Below are positions 27,461 to 38,282 of a stretch of DNA of 64,000 nt, piece after piece. Numbering within the stretch: the stretch's first letter is position 1; every line of letters starts with the position of its first letter. Position numbers and translations under genes: made by a program. The stretch is taken from assembly GCA_038087875.1 (NCBI GenBank), contig CM075992.1, positions 12,526,001 to 12,590,000 of the forward strand. The letters run 5' to 3'. The DNA comes from Malacoraja senta. Lineage: Eukaryota. The notes under the pieces are model-generated. The model was not told the origin of the DNA. It ran no database searches and saw only the letters and a program-made list of their open reading frames with translations.

Positions 27461-27574
27461 GCCTGGCCTCTCGCTCACCTTGTCCACAGGGATTCACCCT
27501 GTGACTGAGCTGCATTGTTGCTGCATCGCTGCAGCTTCAGCCTCTGCTGCAGGGAGTAGGGACGCTCGCTACTA

Positions 27575-28130
27575 CTGTGTTTGCCTTTATTATTGTCACG
27601 TGTACCGAGGTACAGTGAAAAGCTTTGTGTTGCATGCTATCTAAACTGATCAGATAATACTCTTGATAAATATAATGTTAAGTACAATAGAGAAAAGTGG
27701 TAGATACAGAGTGTGTAGTTTTCATCATTATAGTGCAACAGTTCCAGAGACAAAGACCAATGTCCGCAATGGGGTAGAGGTGAATCAGACAGTACCCTAG
27801 CTTATGGAAGATCCTTTCAGAAGCCTGGCAACGGAGGGGAAGAAGCTGTCCCTGAGTCTGGTGGTTCGTGTTTTCAAGCTTCTGTGTCTTCTGCCAGACA
27901 GGAAAATGGATAAGGAATGCGACAAGTCTTTGATTATGTTGGCAGCTTCTCCAAGGTAGCGTGGTGTAGATGGAGTCAGTGGTGGGGAACCTGGTCTGTG
28001 TGATGGACTAGGCTCACATCCACAACTCTCTGCAACTACTTGCCGTCTTGGGCAGAGCTGTTCCCAAACCCAGCTGTGACGCACCGTTACAGTATGTTTC
28101 CATGCTGCATATTTAGAGGTATGTAAGTCA
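27575..28130 (-). mobile_element. Rex1/Babar-type LINE 3' fragment
   Basis: LSGRRHRSLKTRTTRLRDSFFPSVARLL resembles the Rex1/Babar RT C-terminus; homologous copy at 31610-32075. Confidence 0.75.
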
Positions 28131-28194
28131 CTGGAGACTTGCCCAATTTCCTCACGCCTCAATAATTCAGCTCATCACCAAAGATTAGTTATTT

Positions 28195-28556
28195 ATGCAC
28201 GCACATGCACAAGCACACACACACACACACACAAGCACACGCACATGCACACACATGCACACACACACACACATACACACCTCACCACACTTGCACACTT
28301 GACCACGCACACACACACACACAGACGCACACACACACACACACAAGCACACGCACACACACACACATGCACACACACACACACACGCACACACACACAC
28401 ACGCACACACACACAAGCACACGCACATGCACACACATGCACACACACACACACACACACCTCACCACACATGCACACACACACACATACACACCTCACC
28501 ACACTTGCACACTTGACCACACCTCACCACACTTGCACACTTGACCACACACACAA
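28195..28556. repeat. Compound (CA)n microsatellite with duplicated CACCTCACCACACTTGCACACTTGAC units
   Basis: Direct inspection. Confidence 0.95.
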
Positions 28557-28677
28557 ACAGTGATCACACATGTTTGGACTTAGACACACAGAAACATGAC
28601 AATGTACCCATGGATTTCGGTCATGCACAACACGTGTGCTCACACATAGACGGGTAGGAACACACTGAATCACCCAC

Positions 28678-29692
28678 AGTCATAGAGTGGTACAGTGTGG
28701 AAACAGGCCCTTCGTCCCAACTTGCCAACACCGGCCAAAAATGTCCCAGCTACACTAGTCCCACCGGTCTGCACATGTTCCATATCCCTCCAAACCTGTC
28801 TTATCCATGTACCTGTCTAACTGTTTCTTAAAAACGTTGGGATAGTCCCAGCCTCAACCACCTCCTCTGGCAGCTCGTTCCATACACCCACCACCATTTG
28901 TGTGCAAAAGTTACCTCTCAGATTCCTATTAAATCTTTTCCCTCTTCACCTTAAACCTATGTCCTCTGGTCCTCAATTCCCCCACTCTGGGAAGAGAATC
29001 TGTGTATCTACCCGATCTATTCCTCTCATAATTTTGTACACCTTTATAAGATCTCCCTTCATCCTCCTGCTCTCCAACGAATAGAGACCCAGCCTCCTCA
29101 ACCTCTCCCGGTAGCTCACACCATCTAGTCCTGGCAACATCTTCGTAAATCTCTCTGATCCCTTTCAAGCTTGACAATATCTTTCCTGTAACATGGTGCC
29201 CAGAACTGAACACAATATTCTAAATGCGGTCTCACCAACGTCTTATACAACTGCAACATGACCTTCCAACTTCTATACTCAATACTGTGACTGATGAAGT
29301 CCAATGTTCCAAAAACCTTTTCGACCACCTTATCTACCTGCGACTCGACCTTCAAGGAACCATGTACCTGTACTCCTAAATCCCTCTGCTCTACAACACT
29401 CCCCAGAGGCCTACCATTCACTGTGTAGGTCCTGCCCTTGTTAGACGTCCCAAAATGCAACACCTCACACTTCTCTGTATTAAATTCCATCAACCATTCC
29501 TCAGCCCACCTGGCCAATAGATCGAGATCCTGCTGCAATCTTTCACAATCATCTACACTATCTGCAAAGCCACCCACTTTTGTATGATCAGCAAACTTGC
29601 TAATCTTGCCCTGTGTGTTCTCATCCAAATCATTGATGTAGATGACAAACAGTAACGGGCCGAGCATTGAGCCCTGAGGGACACCAGTAGTC
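28678..29692 (-). mobile_element. 5'-truncated CR1-type LINE (RT C-terminal half and 3' UTR)
   Basis: LGPLLFVIYINDLD, SKFADHTK, LYKTLVRPHLEYCVQFWAP, RTRGH. Confidence 0.93.
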
Positions 29693-30004
29693 CATCTATG
29701 CCCTTTCCCTCAGTCTCCATCATCTGTCCCACCTCCCGCCTCACCCACTCCTTCCCCTCTCCAGTTTCTCCTGTCCCTTTCCCACAGTCCACTTTCCCTC
29801 TCCCCTGCATTCCCACTCCCTCTCCCATCACTCTCGACCTTCTTCTTTTCCACATCTCCTCCTCCCCATTGGCTCTACAGGCCGATACCCGAGTCCCTTA
29901 TTCTGCCCTATCACCAACCAGCCTCTCCCACACCCACTACCTCACTCTCTCTCTCTCTCCCCCAATGCTCACCCCAATACACCCTCTCCTCGACAACTCA
30001 CCGC

Positions 30005-30310
30005 CTGGATACATGTGGCATGGATAGGGTAGACACTCGCAGCCTTTTTACCACGAGGGAAATAACAGATACTGGAGAGGGGCATAGTGTAAAGGCGATG
30101 CCAAGAGTAAGATCTTTAAACAGAGGTTGATGGGTGCCTGGAACTAGCTGCTGGGGGTGGTGGTGGAGGCAGAGTGGTGTTTAAGCGTGTGGATGGTCAT
30201 GTGGATATGCAGGGAATGGGGGAATATGGATAGTGTGCGGGCAGATAAGAGTTGTTCTTGGCATGGTGTTGGGCACAGACATTGTGGGCTGAAGGTCCTG
30301 TCTCTGTGGC
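30005..30310 (+). mobile_element. Old CR1 3' fragment; similar fragments at 30620-31250, 36060-36185, 36630-37435, 56630-56780, 58700-59170, 60120-60308, 62770-62910
   Basis: Degenerate matches to the CR1 3' ends in this window (GGATAGGGTAGA, GGGCATAG, GGGCTGAAGGTCCTG). Confidence 0.6.
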
Positions 30311-31261
30311 CCCAGTCATGATTCCCCAACAGGGGAGTGTTGTGGAACCATCCCCAGAGCAGTGACACACTGATGTGAAGACGTGCCGTGAGGTAGGAGT
30401 TGCCATCGAGGGACGGGGATGGAGGGGCTGGAGAGGCAGTGAAGTGGCAGACGGAGTGGCATCTCAGACTGCACGGGTTGAAAGGCCTGGATACTGAGTG
30501 TACTGAATATTAGTTATGTGTGAAGCTTATGATTTGTATTGCTGTTACTTATATGTGAGCTCAATAAACTCGCAACCACTTGAACGCAAGATTCGGAGAA
30601 CCTGGTCTTCCTTTATAAGCTGAAGCATCTATGGAACGAGCTGCCAGAGGGGGGGGAGGTGAGGCAGCAGCAATAACAACATTCATACATCAAACAGTCA
30701 ACAGAGGAACAGCAGCAAGGGAATAGTTCAGGTGTACGCACACAGTCTTTCACCCAGAGGAGGGGAATCAAGAACCAGAGGGCATGGTTTTAAGGCGAGA
30801 GCGGAAAGATATAATTGGAACTGAGGGGCAGTGTTTTCACACAGAACAGTGTAAACCACTGTGTAGGTCATGGCCAGAGAGTTGTGTGCTGCTGGGCTGT
30901 GGAGAAGGCAGGCGGGATGCCTGCCTTCATTGGCGGTGGTGTAGTTACAACAAATGCCACAGCATGGTACAGGTTTATAAACCTCAGCTCGCACGCTGGA
31001 TTCGGTTCTGGTCACCACACGTCAGAGGTTGCAGAGTAGATTCACCAGGATGTTACGGGGACATAACGTATTTGTAATAGTGAGATAGAGACTGCCATTT
31101 GTTCTTCAAGCAGCAGAGGATACTGGTGGGTTCTGTGCAAAGGGATCAATATTACACAGGCTGAGGTAGAGAAGATAGCAGGAAACATTCCCAAAGCCAC
31201 GGAGGCTAAAATCAAAGGACAGCACAGTTTTAAGACACAGTTGGAGGTTTGGAAGAAACGT

Positions 31262-31562
31262 TTTAGTTTAGAGATACAGCATAGAAACCGGCAATGTGGC
31301 CCAACGATTCCGTGCCCCCCATCGACTACTGTTCACACTGATTCTACGTTATGCCCTATCCACAAGGGAACAATTTACAGAAGCCAATTAACCTACAAAC
31401 CCACACGTCTTTGGGATGTGGGAGGAAACTGGAGCACCCGGAGGGAAACTCATGGTCACAGAGAGAAGGTGCAAATTCCATACACAGATGGCACTCAAGG
31501 TCAGGATGGAAGCCATGTCTCTGGCGCTGAGGTGCAGCAGCTCCACCAGTTGTGCCACTGCC
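31262..31562 (-). mobile_element. tRNA-derived SINE (V-SINE/HE1-like), decayed
   Basis: Reverse complement of the SINEs at 59677 and 61731: TAAAC tail and GGTGCTCCAGTTTCCTCCCACA core. Confidence 0.85.
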
Positions 31563-31609
31563 GATGTGAGGGGGAGTTTCCCCCAGAGGATGAGTGGAAT
31601 GTGAAACTC

Positions 31610-32075
31610 ACTGCTTTACATTCCAGTTTATTGTCAGACACAGCTAAAAATGTTGTTTTTCATGCTATCCAATCAGGTTGGAAAATACTGTACATAAATA
31701 CAATTATGTCAAACTCAAGTACAATTGCTAAAGCAAAGGGGAAGATACAGAGTACATAATATATTCTCAGCATCATAGTGCATCAGATCCTGAGGCAAAA
31801 TCCAATGTGTGATGGGGTAGAGGTGAATCTGACAGTACCCCAGCTTATAGAACTGTTCAGAAGCCTGATTACAGAGGGGAAGAAGCTGTTCCTGAATCTG
31901 ATGGTGTAGTTTCATGCTGCTGCACCTTCTGCCCAATGGAAGCTGGGAGAAGAAGAAATGACCAGAGTGGGACAAGTCTTTGATTATGTCAGCTGCTTCC
32001 CCGAGGTTAAAGTGTAGATGGAGTCAATGGTGGGTATTCTGGTCTGTGTGATGGACGGGACAACAACTACAACAC
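31610..32075 (-). mobile_element. Rex1/Babar-type LINE 3' fragment
   Basis: Homologous to 27575-28130; LPLGRRCSSMK peptide. Confidence 0.7.
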
Positions 32076-32091
32076 TATACCTACATATTCA

Positions 32092-33540
32092 TCTCTATAT
32101 AACTAAAACTCTCTGTCTTGTTTGTGTCTATGTGTGTGCTAATCTGGTTAACTCCTATCTTCTTCCAAACGCTAGGCCACAGACTTCCCATTTTCACACA
32201 TTCTACTCACATTTTTCCCGTGGTGGTGATAAACATCTTCCTGTCGCGTTCCCATCTATATTTCTGAAGTTATTAATCCTTGAAATTTAAAAAACAGCCC
32301 AATGCAGGATGGGACACTCCAGGAGGAAGGAGCACCCCAGCGCGGCAGCTGCCGATGCCCAACGGCCATCCGGTACCTGGTGGGGAGGGTGGTGCCGCGG
32401 GCCGAGCCCGGGGACTGGGCCTTGGCTGGAGCCGAGCCTGGTGATGGAGCTGGAGTGAGGGCCGAGCCTGGGGCTTGGGGATGGGGCCATGACCGGGGCC
32501 GAGAATGAAGCCGCCGCTGGAATCAAGGACGAGCCTGGGGTCCGGGGTCAGGGACAAGCCTGGAGATGAAGTCGGGGCCTGGACTTGAGCCCAAGCGGTG
32601 GCCGAGCTGACAGCTGGAGTCTACAGCCAGCGCCGGGCCGAGTACGAGAACCAGGCTGAGTTCCAGGCCCTCGCACTAGTCTACGACCTGGGTAGGGGCT
32701 GGGGCAGGGAATGGGAGTGAAGGGAGGAGAATGGGGGAAATTAGAAGGGAGATGGGGTTGGGAGTGGGGTGGTGGAGGGAGATGGGGGGGGGTTGTGGAG
32801 GAGGGAGATGTGGAGGGGTGGAGGAGAGAGATGGGGTGGGGCATGGGGTGCTGAGGTGAAAGTTCCTGGGGAGGTGAGGAGGGCGAGTGGGGGGATTGAA
32901 GGAGAGGAGGGGGTAGGGAGGATAGTTGCCACATCTGCACCTTCTCTCTCGCCCCCTCCCTATCTACCCTCTCCCCCTCTCTACCCCCTCCCTATCTACC
33001 CTCACTCCCACCATCTCAACCCCCCTCCCTCTCACTCTCTCACCTTCTCCCTCTCTCACCCTCTCCCTCTCTCACCCTCTCCTTCTCTACCTTCCCTCTC
33101 CCCACTCTACCCCTCACCCTCTACCCCCTCCCTCTCTTTCGCTACCCCCTCCCTCTCTGCCTCTCCCCCTCTCTACCCCCGCCCCCTCCTTCTACCCACC
33201 CCCTCCTTATCTACGCCCTCCCCCTCCCTCTCTATCCCCCTCCCTTTGTACCCCGCTCCCTTTCCCTCTCTACCCCGCTTGCCCTCCCTCTCCACCCCCC
33301 CTCCCTCTCTACCCCCCTTCCTCTCTACCACCCCTCCCTCTCTAGGTATTGTAGAGGGAGGGTGAACATGAGGAGGAAGGAATGCTGGAGTATGAGGAGA
33401 AATGAGCTGCGCCTGCGTATTTGTGGGCTATCCGTGAGTGGTGCAGTGTTGCGTTGGGGAACGGGTTGCATTGAGGGAACTGGTGAGTGGTGGAACTTTG
33501 CGTTGGGGGAGCAGACCCAATGGGTCTACACTTGGTCCTG
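32092..33540 (+). mobile_element. Non-autonomous Helitron-like element
   Basis: 5' A|TCTCTATATAACTAAAA; 3' hairpin GCAGACCCAATGGGTCTAC (33511-33529) then ACTTGGTCCTG|T (decayed CTAG); no coding capacity. Confidence 0.65.
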
Positions 33541-33551
33541 TCTGTCTGTTA

Positions 33552-33595
<44 letters not shown>

Positions 33596-33596
33596 G
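33541..33596. repeat. (TCTG)n microsatellite
   Basis: Direct inspection. Confidence 0.97.
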
Positions 33597-33634
33597 ATCT
33601 CAAAGAAACATAAAATTATACATTTCTTGTACCA

Positions 33635-36045
33635 CTTATTATTTTAAACTTTAATAAGAACAAAGATAGAGAGAGTTAGCAGAGATAGTGAGTGAGTGAA
33701 AGAGTGGTCCAGGGAAACCCGTAGCGACCTAAACCACAAGAAAGAGTTGAACAAAAAACAAAAGTAAAAGAAAGAGAAAAAAAAGTAAGATAAGATAAGA
33801 CAAGATAAAAGAGATGTACCTACTTCGTATCTTTACACACCCCTCACCAGGTCCTGAAACCATTTAATTTCAACATTTTGAAATTAAACATAATTGAACC
33901 CTATGTTTTTAATAAGTCGATAAATGGAGACCAAATCTTTTGGAAATGGTCTGATTTACCTGCTAAGAGGAATCTCGTATCTTCTAGGTGTAACAGTTCG
34001 GACATATTAGAAATCCACATTTTTATCGTTGGTGTGGGAGCGTTTTTCCAGAATTTCAGTATGTTTTTTTGCCATTATTAAGCTGTAATTAAGGAAGCTC
34101 TTTTGAAACGAAGTCAGCTCAAAGCTGGCTTCGATTGTTCCAAAAATAATCAGTTCTGCATTCGGTTTCAGTTTTATTTTAAATAATTTCGTAAAAATTT
34201 CGAAGATTTCATTCCAAAATTTTTGAATTTTTGTACAAAAAACAAAAGAATGTGCTATAGTTGCTTCTTGGGTTAGACATTTATCACAGATGGAAGAGAC
34301 ATTTGGATAAAATGTACTTATTTTAGCTTTTGAGTAGTATAGTCTATGTAAAGTTTTAAACTGAAGTAGAATGTGTCTTACATTAATCGAGCATTTATGC
34401 ACATATAGCAAGTGTTTATCCCAGCTCTCTTTCGAGATTTTTATAGCTAGTTCTTGTTCCCAATCTCTTCTAATCCTATCAGATGATGGTATTTCTATAT
34501 TTAGGATGTTATTATACAAATATGATATTAAGTTAGTTGATTCCGCCTTTATATTCATAGCATCGTCTAATACGTCTGGAGATAAATTTTGATATTCTTG
34601 TGTATATTTTCTCAAATAGTCACGGATTTGAAAATATTTAAAATATTGATTACTTCTCAAATTGTATTTAAGTTGTAGTTGGTGAAATGATAAAAACGTT
34701 CAATTATCATACATGTCTCCAAACGTTTTAATTCCTAATCTGTCCCAGTATGTAAAAGATTTATCTATAATAGATGGTTTAAACAACGGATTATTAACTA
34801 TAGGTGAAAGAAGTGATAGATTTCTTAATTTTAAAGTTAATTTTATTTGTTTCCCAATTCTAATTGTACTATGAATAATTGGGTTTTTACTATATATTGT
34901 ATTCTTCAATTTTGTTGGTGAGAGAAGGATCGCTCCTATATTAAAAGGGGAACAATCCTCTCTCTCCATTACTATCCAATCCACCTGCTGGGCCGAGTTG
35001 TCCAACAGGTTAATCATATTTTTGACATTTGCTGCCCAATAATAATACAAAAAATTCGGGAGTGTTAATCCGCCAAATTCTTTAGCTTTGCACAAATGTC
35101 TTCTTTGAATTCTATGGGATTTATAGTCCCATATAAAATTTGTGATATCGGCATCCAGTTTAAAAACAAAAAATGTTGGTAAGTATATTGATTGGAATAA
35201 ATATAAAATTTGTGGTAAAAAAAATCATTTTTATAGCATTTATTCGGCCTATTAGAGACATCGGAAGAGTTTTCCAAAATTTAATCAATGTGTTTAGTTT
35301 ATTGAGTAAGGGCATATAGTTTGCATTAAATAAAGATTTATATTTTCTAGTAATTTCAATTCCCAAATATTTGAATTTTTCTGAAGTGATTTTAAAAGGG
35401 AATTTTAACAGGTGTGTTGAGTCTTGAGGTTTTATCGTCATAATTTCACTTTTATTCCAATTTATTCTATATCCTGAAAAGGATCCGAATTCCTCTATTA
35501 GATTTAATATATTTGGTATACTGATTTGTGATTTTGTGATATATATAGTAGTACATCATCTGCATATAATGATATTTTATTATTTGAGTATTTTGTATTA
35601 TAACAATGGATATTCGGATGTATTCTAATACTTTCCGCTAAAGGTTCTATTACAAGAGCAAATAGCAGAGGTGATAATGAATATCCCTGTCTATTTCCCC
35701 TTGATAATTGAAATTTCGGGGACAACATATTATAAGTTAATATTCTGGCAGTAGGCCTGTCATATAATAGTTTTACCCAAGAGATAAAATTCTCTCCCAT
35801 TTGAAATTTTTGCAATACTTTAACAAGGTAATCCCATTCCACTTGATCGAATGCTTTTTCTGCGTCCAATTAAATAATTGATAAGTCTTGTTCTTCGGTT
35901 TTTTATGAATGCATTATATTAAACAGACGTCTCAGATTATTGCATGAGTATCTCTTGGGTATGAACCCCGTTTGATCCGCATTTATTAATTTACTAACAT
36001 ATTTACTTAATCTTCTAGCTAATGTTTCGCTAATATATTTTGATT
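33635..36045 (-). mobile_element. 5'-truncated L1-clade LINE (RT, C-terminal Cys motif, 3' UTR), frameshifted
   Basis: DAEKAFDQVEW, RGNRQGYSLSPLLFALVIEPLA, SLYADDVLLY, FKYLGI, GGLTLPN, CDKC...HSFVFC. Confidence 0.93.
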
Positions 36046-36187
36046 GCCCCTCGAACTTTCAAACCATAACCATTCAATATGATCATGGCTGATTATCTAA
36101 AATCAGAACCCCCCCAATCCTGCTTTTTCCCCATATCTCTTAATTCCTTTAGCCCTAAGAGCTAAATCTAACTCTCTCCTGAACATC

Positions 36188-36470
36188 TGCATAGGATTCA
36201 ATCCTGACTGCAGGTGCTGTCTATGTAGAGTTTACACGTTCTTCCTGTGACTGTGTGGGTTTCCTCCAGGTGCTCCAGTTTCCTCCCACACCCCAAACTT
36301 ATGTGTTTGTAGATGAATTGGCCTCTGTAAAATTGTCCCAAGGGTGTAGGGGTTGGATATGAAATTGGATTAACATAGAACTAGTGAGAATGGGTGATCA
36401 ATGGTCAGTGTGGACTAAGTGGGCAGAAGGTTCTCTTTCCATGCTATAAGTTTAAAACTAAAACACTAAG
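36188..36470 (+). mobile_element. tRNA-derived SINE (V-SINE/HE1-like), CpG-depleted; another fragment at 37438-37615
   Basis: Decayed B-box GGATTCAATCC, core GTGGGTTTCCTCCAGGTGCTCCAGTTTCCTCCCACA, TAAAAC tail. Confidence 0.85.
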
Positions 36471-38282
36471 TCTGGCCTGTGGGATGGACTGGGCTGCACC
36501 GGCAACTCTCTCTTGCTGAGGTAGAGGCACAATCTCTAATGTCCCAATCACCGAGTCAGCGAAGATGACAGACCCAGTGTGGTGAAACGGGATCCCTGCA
36601 GATGCATAGTCAATCAATTGGAGTTATACAGCCCCGAAACAGGCTTTGTGGCCCAAAGGGTCCATGCTGACTACAAGTGTGAGTGTCAGTCTATCCAGTC
36701 TCTCCTTGTAACAAGTTCCCCGGTCCCAGTAACATCCTCATCAATCGTTCCCCCACCCTCTCCAGCTCAACCACATCCTTCCCATAGTATGGTGACCAGA
36801 ACGGCACACAACACTCACAGAACATGGAACGGTACAGCATAGGATCAGGCCCATCGGCACATGATGGCTATGCCGAACATGAAGCCAACACCAACTTGGT
36901 GCCTGAATATAGTCCACGTCCCTCCAATTCATGCATATCATGTGCCTCTACGAAGGTTTCCTAAATAGCACTGTCATATCTGCCTCCACCACCACTACCA
37001 ACCCCACCACCAAACAGGCCCTTCGGGCCAACTCATTCATGCAGACCAAGATGCCTCATTTAAGCTAGACCTCTTTGACAATGTTTGGTCCTTATTGATC
37101 TACATCTTTATAATTCTTGTACCGGTAATGTAGCTTTAAAATGCTTTTACAGTACCTGTCTCAACTACCTAATCTGCCAGCTGGTTCCATATATCCACCA
37201 CACTCTGTGTGAAAAGTTGCCTCTCAGGTTCCTTTCAAATCCCCTCTCACCTTAAACCTATATCCACTGGTTGCTAATTCCCCAACCCTGGGTAAAAGAC
37301 TGTGCATTCACCCTATCAACACCCCTCATGATTTTATGCATCTCCATATGATCACCCCTCAGCCTCTGGCGCATCAAAGAATAAAGTAATTGCTTGCCCA
37401 GCCTCTCCCTATTGCTCATACCCTTGCGTGCTGCAACGCTTCTCCCTGGCACCGTGTAGGTTTCCTCTGGGTGCTCTGGTTTCCTCCCTCTTCCCAAGAT
37501 TAGCAGGTTTGCAGGTGAATTGGCCTCTGTAAAATTGCCCCTTGTGTGTAGGATGTGAAAATGGGTTACCATAGAACAAGTGAGAACAGGCGATCGATAA
37601 TTTGGGTAGGCTCATTGAATTCTCAATGATTTACCGAGTCCAGTAGTAGCATTTAAAACTTTTATTCAGGCACAATGATTATATGGCATCATAGCAAGGC
37701 ATTAAAATATCTGCAGACCTTTACTAAAAACTGACCAACAAAAATTGAACTGTCATAAATTCATATGGCAATCTATATAATTAAAAGCCTCATCTTGACC
37801 ACTTCCGGTTTGCGCTGTGTATTGATTTTAGAAATAACGCTACCACTTATGGCTGTGATTTTTGGCCATCTTACTCAGAGTCCCCCTCCGCTCATCAGGT
37901 GCCGAGGATTTTTCCCATCGATGAAAAATAAAAGTGTTCTTAGTATTTAAAAATGTTGAGATTCTCTCTCCTGTCAATCACTGCCATGCAGGCCACGCCC
38001 CTTCCGGGGCTGGGGTGAAGAGCTATGAAACCCGGAAGTCTGGATGTGGCTCTGTCGCTGCAAGATGGCGAGGGAGAGGTCACGACTTTCAGTCTGAGCT
38101 GTGAATCTACAGAACACAGCCATTTAAAATCTACAGAACACAGCCATTGGTACACTGTCTGTCTGTTTTATAAATATTACTTGCACATTGGAGTATGGAG
38201 AAACGCAATTTTAATCCTCTGTGTAACTACTCGTTACATTATGTGAATTGACAATAAAATTACTATTACTATTACTGTTACT

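Noticed and set aside
25758..27644. Long Pro/Ser-rich ORFs (245-381 aa)
   Set aside because: Read-through of C-rich repeats lacking stop codons; open in several frames at once.
28185..28544. His/Thr- and Cys/Val-rich ORFs; Tyr/Ile ORFs at 57118-57506
   Set aside because: Translations of (CA)n and (TA)n microsatellites.
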